This document shows, one piece after another, positions 12,905 through 25,837 of a stretch of 64,000 nucleotides of DNA. The notes under the pieces are model-generated. The model was given only the letters and a program-made list of their open reading frames with translations. It made no database searches and was not told where the DNA came from. Both the position numbers and the translations under genes were made by a program. Each line of letters starts with the position of its first letter. Positions within the stretch are counted from its first letter, which is position 1. This DNA comes from Dictyostelium discoideum (lineage: Eukaryota), in assembly GCA_000004695.1 (NCBI GenBank), contig CM000150.2:256001-320000 (forward strand), given 5' to 3'.

Positions 12905-13010
12905 GTAGTGATGATGGTGATGGTGGTGATGGTGGTGATGATGGTGATGGTGGTGATGATGATAGTGGCTGTAGTTGTGGTGGTGATGGTAGTGGTGGTG
13001 GCGGTAATTG
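12905..13010. repeat. (GGTGAT)n / (CATCAC)n microsatellite
   Basis: ggtgatggtggtgatggtggtgatgatggtgat...; it produces spurious poly-His/poly-V ORFs on both strands. Confidence 0.8.
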
Positions 13011-13689
13011 TTGTTAGTTTTGTCCACTACTTGAAGCCTCAATATTATCATTTTTTAATAAATATCAAATTATATTTTTATTATGGCCAGATTCTTTTTT
13101 ATTATTTTATGAAAACTTAATAATAAAATGTTATTTATTATTTATTAATAATTGATATTAGTTTGTTATAAATCTTAATTTTATTTATCCAGCAATTTTT
13201 TTTTTTTTTTTTTTTTTTTTATTCTTTACTTGATAAGAAAGGTATGTTTCATTTGAAAAAACAATAATATCTTTTTTAAAAATAAAAAAAATAATCATTA
13301 ATCAAATAACTAACTTTATATTTATTTTAAATTATTTATACATAATATCTTTACAAAATACTTTTAAAAAAAGAAATTAAAAATAAAAATGCAATTAATA
13401 TTTTTTATTTATTCTTTTTTAAAAATTATTTAAAAATGATTCTATGTATATAATTAAAATTTATCTCTTCAATATAAAAATAATCCAATACAAATTATTT
13501 TTATTTATCTCTAATAATATTATTAAATACGATAAAAAAGAATGACTGTATTTAATCCACAAACAATGACCCTCCATTTTATTTAGGCATTTAATTAGAT
13601 AAACAAAAATATTTAAAAAAAAAAAAAAAAAAATTAGATAGATATTTTCTAAGATAAGATAATCTCAAATAATGATAAATGATTTATTA

Positions 13690-14976
13690 TTATTTTTTGT
13701 CAAGTTCCCTATTATCCCTAACTAATCTGAAACAATTACTATCTTCTGGATCAAATTCAATAAGACCAGCTATTTTTAGGATTTGAATTGATTCTTGTGG
13801 TGAAACACCTTCTGTTAGTTCCAATGATTTGTCTTTACTTGAAATATATGATACTGGATTTGTTGAAAAACGATGCAATACTTGTTGTAAAACATATTTA
13901 AAAGTTTCTTTTCTTAATTCATAGTTTTCAATAGATTGAGTTCTTCTTTTCTTTTCTAAAATTTCTTCACTTTCATCCTCATTACTTTCATCATTTTCAC
14001 TTTCATTTTCATTTTCATTTTCATTTTCATTTTCATTTTCATTTTCATTTTCATTTTCAGTTTCACACTCACTTTCACTTTCTTTTTCATTTTCATTTTC
14101 ATTTTTATTTTCATTTTCAATTTCATTTTCATTTTCAATTTCATTTTCAATTTCATTTTCAATTTCATTTTCATTTTCAATTTCATTTTCATTTATTTCC
14201 TCGTACTCCAAATCATAAAGATAATTTTTATCAATAGTTTCATCTTCATATTCATCATCATCTTCTTGTTTTTTTTTTTTTTTATCTTTTTTTTTATCTT
14301 TTTCTTTATCTTCCTCATCCTTACGAATAAGAAGACGATCAAAATGTTTTTCAATTATTTCTGTTATTAATAATTGATTATTTTTTATGTTATCATTTAG
14401 TGAATCAACTCCTTTAATTTCATGTTCCAATTCTTGAGGAATTTCCGATAATGGATCGATTCTATATTTAATAATTTTACAAATTGTTTCACTTTCATTC
14501 AATAGTATAGTTTGTTCAATTAATTTATTTTTTTTATTTTCAAGTTCTTGCTTTAAAAAATCAAAATACATTTTTAATTGCTCTACTGATAAAACTAAAT
14601 CTGCTTCTAATCTAGTTTTAGCATCATCAAGATTAGCTATATTTTCAAATGATTCTTCTTGAGTTTCTTCTTTTAATTTCCGAATTTCATCTTTTAAAAT
14701 TTTATTTTGATTTTCTGATATTCTAATTCCCTAATAAACACAATAAATTCTAATTAGAATTTAAATAATAATAAATAATATAAATAATAATAATAATAAA
14801 TAATAAATAATAATTACTATTGGTTTATTTTTTTGAGAGTTTAAGTTTTTTTTATGTTTTGATAGTAATACTCGATTTTGATTTCTTACTGAGTTCAATT
14901 TATCACTAAGTTCATCTAAACTAGCATTTTTTAAAAACGATATATCTTGATCTTTGTTGATTAATGATTTTTCCAT
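13690..14976 (-). CDS. Uncharacterized coiled-coil protein with an acidic (ENEI/ENEN)n repeat, 2 exons (approx 14976..14822 and 14733..13690)
   Basis: Exon 1 reads MEKSLINKDQDISFLKNASLDELSDKLNSVRNQ...NKPI followed by a gtaatt donor. Exon 2 begins after a ttattag acceptor with GIRISENQNKILKDEIRKLKEE and continues in frame into the 293-aa ORF, ending in a globular C-terminus (ILKIAGLIEFDPEDSNCFRLV). The (gaaaat)n repeat codes the acidic NE-rich repeat. Confidence 0.6.
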
Positions 14977-15373
14977 TTAAAAAAAATTTTGTTGAGAACA
15001 ACAAAAAAAAAAAAAAATAATAAAAATTTTTTCATTTTTTTATTTTTTTTTGAAGACGATAAAAATAAACATTATTAATAATTTTCTTATTTTCACCATT
15101 GTTCCAAACAAACAAAAAAAAAAAAAAAAATAATGATAATAATAAAATAAAAATTAAATTGGTGAAAATAAGCTATTGATATTCAGATATTTAAATATTT
15201 TAGTTTTGTTTTTTTTTTTTTTAAAATTTTTTTTTTTTCTTTTTTTTTTTTTTCTTTTTTTTTTTATTCTTTAATCACTAAAAAAAAAGTGATTTTAATT
15301 AAACAAATCTTTTTTCATTTCCCATCTTTTTTTTTTTTTAATCTATCTATCTATCCATTTTTTTTTTTTTTTT

Positions 15374-16197
15374 TTAATGTTTTGAAGAAGTTGATAAAAA
15401 TGAGGTTAAACCAGCACCTAAAGAAATTGAGATGATATAATTATAAACTAATGGAACATTTTTGAAAATGATGAATGAAAAGATTGAAACGCAAATTAAG
15501 AAAACAGCATTATTATACATGATGGATGCTGCGATAGCTTCGTGTGAAGTGACGAGGGCTTGAACTTCTTTTTGTGCTGCTGCGAATTTCTTTTTATCAC
15601 CAACTTTATTCTTTGATGCAATTGAGATATGTTCTCTGCTGGCTGATAATCTATTTATTTATTTATTTATTTATTATTATTATTATTATTAAATTTAGTT
15701 AATAATTTGTAATGGATGAAAATTAACAAAATTAAAATTAAAATTAAAAAAAAAAAAAACTTACTTTAATCTCTTCATTCTGTAAATGTTATTGTAGGCA
15801 AAAGTGAGAACAATTGCGGCGAAAAGGGTAACTGAACCATAAATAATCATATGATCATCAATTGACATGAAAAAGATGGCATGATATAAATCTATATATT
15901 TGAATTATTAAAAATGTTAGTTTTTAATTCTTTATTTTCATCATTATTTTCTTTTTTTTTTTATTTATATTTGTAAAAAAAAAAAAAGAAAACAGTGTAA
16001 TTAAACACCAACAAAGTTTTTATTTTTTTTTTTTTTATTTTTTTTTTTTTATAAAAAAAAATAAAGAAATATTAAATTGATTACTTACAAACTGGGACTA
16101 AAGCTACAATTAAAGAGTTGATGAAATAAACAATACGTTGTTCAATTGAAACGTCATTTTCGTGACGGAAAGCTGAGAATTCATCTACTTCGGCCAT
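15374..16197 (-). CDS. ssr3: Translocon-associated protein subunit gamma (TRAP-gamma/SSR3), 3 exons (approx 16197..16090, 15890..15780, 15660..15374)
   Basis: Spliced translation MAEVDEFSAFRHEND...NSLIVALVPV | ...HAIFFMSIDDHMIIYGSVTLFAAIVLTFAYNNIYRMKRLK | ...SIMYNNAVFLICVSIFSFIIFKNVPLVYNYIISISLGAGLTSFLSTSSKH aligns with the human SSR3 C-terminus ([52 protein letters not shown]). Both donors are gtaagt. Confidence 0.8.
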
Positions 16198-16281
16198 TTT
16201 GTTATTAAATGTTTATAAAAATATAATAATATGGGTAATAAAAAAATGAAAAATTAATTTTAAAAATTTGTGATCATGCTG

Positions 16282-16326
<45 letters not shown>

Positions 16327-16778
16327 AAATTTTTTATTTTTTTGAACAAAAAAAAAAGTCACACATACTCTTTTTTTAAAAAAAGTCATAACATTGTCAA
16401 ACCCCTTTTTTTTTTAAAAAAAAAAAAAAAAAAAAATTTAAAAAATTTTAAAAGGTTTATTATTTTTTTTTTTTTTTTACCATTTCAATAGTTATAATTA
16501 CAAAATTAAGATAAATTAAAAAGTTTGGTATGTACGATTTATCCTTTTTAATAGCTATTTTTTTTTTTTTTTTTTTTTTAATAAATTTATTTTTTTAATT
16601 TTTTTTTTTTTGGAACTTTCAACTAATTTCCCTCCTTTTTTTTTTTTTTTTTTATTTTTCGGAATTATTACTTTTTTTTTTTGTTTTTTTATTTTTATTT
16701 TTATTTTTATTTTTATTTTTTTTATTTTATAAATTTCTAACAAACAATTCACACACACACACACACACCATAATAAAT

Positions 16779-17967
16779 ATGTCAACTAAAAAATCAAAAA
16801 CTACAACTACTACAACTACTTCAACACCATCAATTGAAAAACCAACAGAAGCACCATCAAAAAAGAAACCATCAGCAACAACTAAAAAATCTAAAACCAC
16901 CACAAATGAAAAGCAACCAATAGAATCAATATGTTTTTACAAAGTATTAGGTGTTGAAAAGACAGCAACTGATTCAGAATTAAAAAAAGCATACTATAAA
17001 AAAGCAAGAGAAGTACATCCAGATAAAAACAATGGTCCAGAGGCAAAAGAAGAATTTCAAAAACTTGGAAGAATTTATTCAATTTTAAAAGAACCATCAT
17101 CTAGAAAATTTTATGATAAACATGGTGATGTTGAAGAGTATTTATTTCATTTTTTATAATTAAATTTATTATTATTATATTATCATCACTAACTTTGAAT
17201 TTAAAAAATATATATATATATATAAATAATAAAATAGTACTGGTTTAGGTGGATTAAAAGGTGAAGATTTATATAATGCATGGATGGAACAATATAATAT
17301 TGTTAGAGTTAGTGAAGAGAGAATAAAAGAATTCTTTAAACAACAAGATATGCAAAAGAAATCAAGTGGTAAACAAGTTAGTAAAGATGAAGAAGATGAT
17401 TTAATAGATTTTTATAATAGACAAAGAGGTGATATGAAAAAGTATGTTGTTTCTTTTTTTTTTTCTCTCTTTTTTTCTATTTATAGAATTTCTTTTTTTA
17501 ACACAAAATTTTTTTTTTTTTTTTTTTAATGATCATTAAAAATTTAAAGTATTAAAGAATATGTTATTGGATGTGAAAATAAAAAAGATGTTGAAAGAAT
17601 GTGTGATCATATTAAATTTTTAATTTCAAAGAAAAAAGTTAAAAGTTATCCAATATTCTTTACAAGTGGATCATTTTCATCTAAAAAATCAATTGACGAA
17701 GCAATGGTTGATCAAGCTGATGAAAAACCTGAAGAAGGTGAAGGTGAAGAAATTGTTGAAGAAGATGAAGATGATGAAGATGAAAGTGAAGAAGATGACG
17801 ATAGTGAAGAAGAGGAAGAGGAGGAGGAGGAAGAAGAAGAGGAACCAGTAAAAGTTTTACCAAAGAAAAGAGTTATTACAAAAAAAGTTGTAAAAACACC
17901 AATTTTAAAAAAACAGAAACCAACAATTATTAAAAAAACTGCAAAGAAAACTGCATCAAAAAAATAA
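16779..17967 (+). CDS. DnaJ homolog subfamily C member 9 (DNAJC9)-like J-domain protein, 3 exons (16779..17137, 17238..17441, 17550..17967)
   Basis: The J domain is FYKVLGVEKTATDSELKKAYYKKAREVHPDKN...KHGDVE. Exon 2 (YNAWMEQYNIVRVSEERIKEFFKQ...DFYNRQRGDMK) and exon 3 (IKEYVIGCENKKDVERMCDHIKFLI, then an acidic and basic tail) parallel human DNAJC9 ([24 protein letters not shown]...DFKGDMDQIMESVLC). Splice phases check out: gtattt and gtatgt donors, aaatag and ttaaag acceptors. Confidence 0.8.
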
Positions 17968-18123
17968 AATTAATAAACATTGATTTTTTTTAAATATATA
18001 ATAGTAGCACACTGTTAATTTTTATTTATTTAAAAATTTTTTTTTTCTTTTTTTTCTTATAAATTTTTAATTTCTTCTTTTCTTTTTCTTTATTATATCC
18101 ATTACTTTTTTTTTTTTTATAAT

Positions 18124-19255
18124 TTATTTTTTTGATAATTTAATCATTTCTAATTCAGCTTCAGATTGTTTACCAGCTAAAATGTTTGGATATTTTTCAA
18201 GATTTTGAGGATTATTGAATGGTTCTAAGAGGGTAAGATTTTTATCAGAAGCAACATGACCAAAGAGAGTTGAAGAGATACGCCATAATGATTTACCTTC
18301 ATCTTTTGATTTTTCCATAACTTTTAAGGTATCTTCAGTGACTACGACTTCATGGAAACCTGCTAAAATATCACCACCAGTGATCCATTCTAATTGTTTA
18401 CCAGCTTGTAAGAGTAAACAACCATTTGGAACTTTAACTGGAACACGAGTACCATCACGAAGCCAAATGTATAAACCTGGATAACGACTCTTACCGTGAA
18501 TAGTCAATAAATTGAAATCGTAGTGGAAACCTGCGAAAATTTGATCCAAATTACCAAATCTCTTTAAATCAGAACCGGTTGGTGCTAATAAATGTGGGCC
18601 GTTCTTCATCAAGTTGGTGATTGAATCCTTTGGTAAATTATAACCAGTGGCAATCATCTCAGAGACGGTCTCAATTGATGACAACATTAATGAACCCCAT
18701 GAGTCCATAACATTTTGCCATTCCGGGAATGCTTTTGGAATGACTGGGGCACAATTTAATTCTGGAAATTTAGTATCCTCTGGACGATCACCAATTCTCC
18801 AAAAGAATCTCCATTTTGGATCGGCTCCTTTTGGTGCATGTGCTGCATATTGTGGTAATAATTTAGTGATAACTTCACTATGATCTCTTGGTTCCTCTGT
18901 AAATTCTGGTGTGGCTCCTAATTGATAACTCCATTCTGGATGAACATCTTTCATTAATTCCTCAGTTGGTTGTTCATAATATTTTTCCATCATATCTAAA
19001 AATCTAATTTTAAAATAAATAATAAATAATATTAATATTTTTTTTTTTTTTTTTTTTATTTTTTATTAATAAATTTTTTTAAAAAATAATTACAAACCTT
19101 GAATTATCTTCCTCATTGACTTTTGGATGTTTAATAACTAAACAAGATGTTTCTTGTAAAGTTTTAACTAATTTTTTACAATCTTCCAATGCTTCAGCAC
19201 TGGTTGGATCAGCAAGAAATCTAGAAACATCAATGACGACTGGACCACTTTCCAT
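18124..19255 (-). CDS. 2-oxoglutarate/Fe(II)-dependent (isopenicillin-N-synthase-like) oxygenase family protein, 2 exons (19255..19098 and 19003..18124)
   Basis: Exon 1 (MESGPVVIDVSRFLADPTSAEALEDCKKLVKTLQETSCLVIKHPKVNEEDNS) looks like a DIOX_N-type N-terminus. The 289-aa exon 2 ORF carries HYDFNLLTIHGKSRYPGLYIW...GDILAGFHEVV, which resembles a 2OG-oxygenase core. The splice phase was verified: gtttgt donor, attag acceptor. Confidence 0.7.
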
Positions 19256-19777
19256 CTTTATTTTTATATATTTGCGTTGTTGTAATATTAGCTAAAGAGC
19301 TGTTTAAAATAAAAAAAAAAAAAAAAAATTAAAAAATTAAAAAAAAATAAAAAATAAAAAAAAAAATAAAAAAAAATAAAAAATAAAAAAAAAACTTTTA
19401 AAAAAACGAAAGCAAAAAAGAAAATCTAAAGCTCCATTTAGAATTTTCAAACATTATTCAAAAACACGTGTAACATTTTACTTTCCATTAATTTGATTTA
19501 AATTGATGATGATACTCAATTTTTTTTTTAAATTTTGGCTAAAATCAATATTCTAAAAAATATCTTTCTATTATTAATTTTTTTTTTTTTAACAAAAAAA
19601 AAAAAAAAAAAAAAAAAATAATAATAATAAAAATAAAAAATATTGGATTTTATTAAAAAAAAAAAAAAAAAAAAAAAAAAGAATTTTTATTATTATTATT
19701 TCAAATAATACAAAAAAAATTAATTTTTGTTATTGTTGGAAATAAAATAAAAAAAAAAAATCTTTTATTTGCAGATC

Positions 19778-19818
<41 letters not shown>

Positions 19819-20183
19819 GAATTTTTTTTTTTATTTTTCTTTAAAAATGATACCACAACAAACAAGAGATTAATCTCATTGTAGTTTTTTTTTTTTTTGT
19901 TTGTTGTATATGTTTTTATTTGTAATAGTAGAAATATTAATACTTATAAATTTACATAATCAAAAATTAAATATCTCTTTTAAATTTATCTTTAAAGTTT
20001 GTTATTGATAAATAAAGGCAGAGATGAACATTTTTATTTTTTAACCAAAATAAAAACCAGAAAAAAAAAAAAATTATAATTAAAATAAAAAAATAAAAAT
20101 AAAAAAAAATAAAAATAAATGGAGATAAAAAAAATATAACATTATTGTTTTTATGATATAGATATATCATACAATATTATTTT

Positions 20184-20214
<31 letters not shown>

Positions 20215-20694
20215 TTTTTTATTTTTTATTTTTTATTTTTTTTTTTAAATATCTAGATATTTTTATTTCTTTTTTTTTGAATTTTATTTTTTTTCTTTTT
20301 TTATTTTCTTGTTTATATGTTTTTGTTTTAATTATTTTATTTTATTTTTTTTAATTTAATTTTTTTTTATTTTCTTTATTTTTATTTTTTTTTTTTAAGC
20401 AATATATGTTAACAAACAGAAATAGAAATAAACAATTTATAATTTTTTTTTGGTTTTAGTGATGTGTGCCCCAAATTTTTACGTTTTTCTTATAAAAATG
20501 AGGTGTGGTGGTTAGAAATTTGAGATGATTTTTTTTTTTTGTAAATTTTTTTTTTTTTTTTTTTTTTTTTCTCAATTTTTTTTTTTTTTCTTTTCTTTTC
20601 TTTAATATTCTTTTTTTTTTTTTTTAATTTTTTTTTTTTTTATTACTTTCTTCTTTTAATTGATATTTATTATCACTAAATCTAAATTTGAAAA

Positions 20695-21327
20695 ATGGGT
20701 GTAGAAGATCAACCACAAACTCAACCACAAACTCAACCACAACAACAACCACAAATGGGATATCAACCACAAATGGGATACCAACCACAAGCACAAATGG
20801 GATACCAACCACAAGCAGCACCAATGGGTTACCCACAACAACCAATTTATCAACAACAACCACAAATGGGATATCAACCACCAATGGGATATCAACCACA
20901 AGTTGGATACCAACAACAACCACCACAACCAGTTTACCAAACTTATTGTCATGATGATCATCAACCATTACTTCATGCAAATGTAGTTGTTACAACAACT
21001 CAACCAACCGTTATTCGTAAATCAAATTCAAATGAAGAGACAGCAGCTGTTATTGTTTTCATTATTGGTTTCTTCTTTTCAATCGTTTGGCTCGGTGGTT
21101 TCTTCTTTATTAAATCAAAATCAAAGACTGCTCGTACATTTGGTATCCTTTCAGTTGTTTTCTTCTTCCTTGTCCTTGTAATTGTTGTTATTGTTGTATC
21201 TGTAACTGTGACCGCTGCCGAGAAAATAGCAGAGGAAAATAAAGACTACTATTATTCGACATCGACTGGTTATTACTCAACCACTGGTTATTATTCTACC
21301 ACCACAAGTTACACAACTTACTATTAA
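20695..21327 (+). CDS. Hypothetical membrane protein with an N-terminal Q/P-rich (MGYQPQ)n repeat and two predicted TM helices
   Basis: 210-aa ORF. It has repeated QPQMGYQPQ units, then hydrophobic segments (AAVIVFIIGFFFSIVWLGGFFFI and FGILSVVFFFLVLVIVVIVVSV), then a Y/S/T-rich tail. Codon usage is Dictyostelium-like. Confidence 0.55.
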   Translation: MGVEDQPQTQPQTQPQQQPQMGYQPQMGYQPQAQMGYQPQAAPMGYPQQPIYQQQPQMGYQPPMGYQPQVGYQQQPPQPVYQTYCHDDHQPLLHANVVVTTTQPTVIRKSNSNEETAAVIVFIIGFFFSIVWLGGFFFIKSKSKTARTFGILSVVFFFLVLVIVVIVVSVTVTAAEKIAEENKDYYYSTSTGYYSTTGYYSTTTSYTTYY

Positions 21328-21485
21328 TAATAAAATTCAATAACTTGTTACCATAAACTCTTTTTTTTTTTTTTTTTAATTATCAATTAATGATTAATAA
21401 TAATAATAAAAAAAAAAAAAACAAAAAGAGTTCACTATTAAAATGTACTTTTAACAAAATATATACCTTTTTATTTTTTATTTGT

Positions 21486-21562
21486 TTATTATTATTTCAA
21501 GAACGCCAATACCGATTTTTTTTTATTTATTATTATTTCAAGAACGCCAATACCAATTTTTT
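21486..21562. repeat. Tandem duplication of an approx 39-bp unit (tttattattatttcaagaacgccaatacc[g/a]atttttttt)
   Basis: Two near-identical adjacent copies read directly, in the 3' intergenic region between the 20695 gene and the proteasome gene. Confidence 0.75.
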
Positions 21563-21654
21563 TTTTTTAAAAAATAATATGATAATATATATGTATATAG
21601 TATTTTAATTTTTTTTTTTTTTTTATTTATTTTTTTATTTATTTATTGAAAAAT

Positions 21655-22789
21655 TTACATATTGGCATCTTCTAAAGATTGTTTAGCATAAGCTTCAGCT
21701 TCATCGTGTAATTCTTTTGGAACGATTTGGTGAACATTGTTTGTTTCTGTTGAAATCCAACCTAATTCTAATTCAAAATCTTTATCTTTAACTTCATCAT
21801 GAACAGAGTAAATACTATAAAAAAAAAAAAAAAAAAAAAAAAAATAATAATAATAAAAATAATTAAATTAGTAATTTGAAATCATAAAATAAAATCAAAA
21901 AAATATTATAATAATTATTAAAACTATTATAATTATTAATTATTATTTACATTCTTGAAACTTCTTTAATTGCTTCACGACAAGTCATTTCTGAAAATTT
22001 AATCTTTTCTAATTCATTCTTTGCAGCTTGTTTACCTTTACCAAGTGAAGCACCGAAATAACCAACACAAGAACCAGATGGTTCAACTAAAAAGAGTTGT
22101 GGACCATATTGATCAATACCAGTGATTGCAATTGAACAACCAAATGGTCTAACACTACCATATAATGTATGCATATGATTGTATGATGCAATTCTTTGTG
22201 ATAATACTTTAATTGGAATTGGTTGACCATAGGTTGATTTATAATTTTTTGCTTCACTTCTAGCACGTGTAATCAATTGTCTTGCATCTGCTAAAAATCC
22301 TGCAATTGCCTAAAATTTAACCATCATTATCAAATTATCAATGATTATTATTTTATTGAATTATCATTTATTTGAGTTTTTAATAAATAAAAAAATACAT
22401 ATATATATTAGTATACATTTTTGTTTTTATTTATTTATTTTTAAAAAAAAAATTATACTTACAACACCAACATGAGTGTCAATATGATGAACTCTACGAT
22501 TTGAACCTGAACATAACATTTTTGATGGGACTAATTTCTCAACACCTAAAACAACACCATCTTTTGCTTTAATTGCGACGAGTGTACCACTATTTTCAAC
22601 GGCTTTATTTGCATAATCTACTTGAAATAATTTACCATCTGGTGAATATGTTGATACATATAAATCATACTTTTTTTTTTTTTTTAATTGGTTAATAATT
22701 TTATCTTTTGATTTTTCATTTCCTTTTTTTTATTATTGTTATTATTATTATTTTTGTTTTATACCTACACCTGATCCTACACTAGACAT
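21655..22789 (-). CDS. psmA3: Proteasome subunit alpha type-3 (PSMA3), 4 exons (22789..22769, 22669..22463, 22309..21951, 21814..21655)
   Basis: Spliced translation MSSVGSG|[47 protein letters not shown]...IDTHVGV|[20 protein letters not shown]...[12 protein letters not shown]|[53 protein letters not shown] is collinear with human PSMA3 ([20 protein letters not shown]...; [22 protein letters not shown]). Donors are gtaggt, gtaagt and gtaaat; splice phases were verified. Confidence 0.88.
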
Positions 22790-23414
22790 TTTATATTGTT
22801 ATATATAAATATTTATGAAAAAAAAAAAAAAAATAAAATAATAGGAAAATATATTAAAAATAAAAAAAAAAAAAAAAAAAAAAAAAATGAAATTTGTTGT
22901 TCACAAAAAAAAAATTAAAAAAATTTAAAAAAAAAAAATTAAAAAAAAAAATAAAAAAAAAATAAAAATAAAAATTAATTTAATGGAGTGTGATGATCAA
23001 TTTTTTAATTTAATTGAGTGAAATTATCACTTTTATTTTTTTTTATTTTTTTATTTTTTTTTTAATTTAAATAATTGAGATTAAAAAAAAGGATAATTTG
23101 AAATACGTTTTAATAGTTCCTAAATTATCTGTATCTTCCAAATTAAACAAATAAATAAATAAAAAATAAATAATTATCCACTAAATAACATTTCCATTTT
23201 ATTATTAAAAAAAAAAAAAAAAAAATTTGAATATTGAATTTGTCAATATAAAAAAAAAAAAATAATAACCCTTTAAACTAACAAAAACGATATCTCAAAG
23301 AAATCCTGATTTATTTTTGGTCTAATAATATCTTTTTTTTTTTTTTTTTTTTTTTTTATTTTGTGTATTTGATCCATTGTTTATCTTGGCACTTAAATAA
23401 AAATTAAATATATG

Positions 23415-23470
<56 letters not shown>

Positions 23471-23559
23471 ATTATTTGACCCATAAATATAGGGTAGATA
23501 TAGATAATTTCGAAAACTACAATTATAATATTAATTTTATTAGGATAAAAGTAATAAGT

Positions 23560-23599
<40 letters not shown>

Positions 23600-23608
<9 letters not shown>

Positions 23609-24611
23609 ATAAAAAATGATTAAAATTAAATTTGAGATTAATAAATAAATATTTAAAGATAATTTGAAAGAATTATTGATATTTTCAATTCCAGGATAAT
23701 TTGGATAAGAAGAATTTGGTGGAGCAGAAAAACCAGAGTCTTGACAAGGATAGAAATAGAGTGGACAAGTGAATTGGATATTACCAATTTTAACGGATTT
23801 ACCATCAGTATCACAAGTGACCCAAACAGTATTAACTTGAACTTGAAGATTTTGACCATCACAACGTGTTGGCCAACATACCATATTACTATTTGAGGTA
23901 GTTGTATCTGTGTATTCGAAACATCTACTATCTTCACCATACTTTTCAGAGATTTGAGTATTGGCCGATGCTTGGTTCGAAGCATCTACACAATATTGAT
24001 TGGATGGAATATCATAGAATGGGCAACCATCAGCAATGATGTCACCATAGGTATGAGAATCATTAAAGTGTCGATAGGCAACCAATATATCGGATGATGA
24101 TATCTTTACATTGCATACACCTTTACCAACACGAGTTGGACTGCAATATCTTTTTGAGGAATCTTGACAAAAGTAACCTGGTAAATTCCAACTCTTTTCA
24201 TTACAATCATCTAACCAATCACAACCTAATCCTTTACCCCACATCAATGGTTCAGCCAATGATGAATTAATATCAAACCAACCACTATCTTGTAATAATG
24301 CCAATGTTAAATTAGTAATTGGAAAAACTGGTGAAACATAACCCAACATATACTCTTCACCAGCTGTTCTTTTCTCCCAATGACTACCAACAGTTCCAGC
24401 TGCACCATAATCTTCCAATAATTCAAAAATTGATCCATTTCTTCGACAATTATAATGTGATTCTACAAAACTTTTAACTGCTGGTGTATTAACTGCTGGT
24501 CTTTCATAAATCCATGTTGCACCTTTTGGTGTTGTACCTGATGTTGTTTGATTTGCTCCTGGTTCAGCTATTTTTTTTTTTAAAAAAAAATAAAATAATA
24601 ATTAATATATG

Positions 24612-24642
<31 letters not shown>

Positions 24643-25837
24643 AAAAATAATTTTAAAACTTACTTCCAGTATAATAATAACCATTACCATTATATCTATT
24701 TTTAAAAGTTTTAAAGAAAGTATTTGAAAAACCTAAACCATGAGTCATTTCATGAATACCAACACGAATATATTCATTAAAAATAAAATCACTTGGTGGT
24801 GTTGATGAAACAAATGGTAAAAAATATTTTGGTGCAAAATTAATTGTTGCTGCTAATGGTCTTTCTCCCCAATTAAATACACATGGTGATGAATAAGCAA
24901 TCGTTGCTTATTATTATTAATTATTATTATTAATTATTATTATTATTATTTTAAAAAATAATTTTAGTATATTTATTATTTTTTTATTTATTTTATTTTA
25001 TTTTATTATTTTTTTTTACTTACAAGAAGCTCTAATTGGTCTTGAAGTTACAAAAACAACCATATCAGCATTTGGAATACCAGTATTAATATATGTATTA
25101 TTAATTACATATCTAAAATCACAAGTTGGACCTCTATCATGATTTAATTTTAAATTTGTAGTATATCTATCAACCAAGATCATTTCACCAAGAATATCTT
25201 GAATACTTGTGATAATATCTTTACTAATTAAATTGGCAACTTTATCACCAAGTAAATCATTTGCAGTGCAAGTGTAATTACATGGATAATAAGCACCTGA
25301 TGATACACATGCTGGTGCTACATATGAGGTTGGTGCAGCTCCAAGTAAAATAGTTTGACCAACATAATAACATGCACCTGTATCTTTTTGATTGTAAAGA
25401 TATGTTGTATCAAAATAAAATCTTAATGGTTTTCTTGGAGTTGCTGAACTTGCTTTTAATCGATAATTTGTATCCAAAAGTTTCATTCTCTCTGCATGTA
25501 AAAAATCATTTACCTCTTTATCAGTTGGTGGAACAATGATATTCTCTGCAACTTGATCATGAATACAATCATATCCTGGTAAATGTTGATGTCCATCCTT
25601 TATTATAAATCCATTCTCATCAATTCCATCAATAATTTTTGGTTGTTTTTCATTGATTGCTAATTTTTTAAAACCTTGAAAAAATCCATTATTATTATCA
25701 TTATTGGTTGATGAAAATTCCCTTTCAATCATCTGTTTATACCTATTGTTAATTATTTTCTTTAGTGATTTACCATCACTTTTGGATATTAATGATATAA
25801 TAAAAAATATCAAAAATATTTTAAAAATTGATTTCAT
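23600..25837 (-). CDS. Leishmanolysin-like (GP63/invadolysin, M8 family) zinc metallopeptidase with signal peptide, 3 exons (25837..25024, 24906..24664, 24567..23600)
   Basis: Exon 1 opens with a signal peptide, MKSIFKIFLIFFIISLISKS. Exon 2 holds the HEXXH zinc motif in IHEMTHGLGF. Exon 3 is Cys-rich (GCDWLDDC..., CSPTRVGKGVC...). Both donors are gtaagt and the splice phases were verified. The apparent stop at 25013 lies inside intron 1. Confidence 0.85.

Noticed and set aside
13956-14192. 78-aa ORF made of MKMK... repeats
   Set aside because: It is a frame-shifted reading of the (gaaaat)n repeat that encodes the acidic NE repeat of the 13690..14976 gene.
17666-17863. ORFs 17666..17851 (+) and 17681..17863 (-)
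   Set aside because: They are other-frame and antisense readings of the acidic (GAA/GAT)n tail of the DNAJC9-like gene.
20624-20980. Minus-strand ORFs 20624..20980 and 20656..20964, plus ORFs 20688..20954 and 20987..21181
   Set aside because: They are antisense or alternative frames of the (caacca...) repeat region of the 20695..21327 gene. The gene's own frame gives a coherent repeat plus TM architecture.
25013-25015. Apparent stop codon ending the 273-aa leishmanolysin ORF at 25016
   Set aside because: The TAA lies inside a gtaagt intron. Two downstream exons continue the M8 peptidase, including HEMTHGLGF, so it is not the true gene end.
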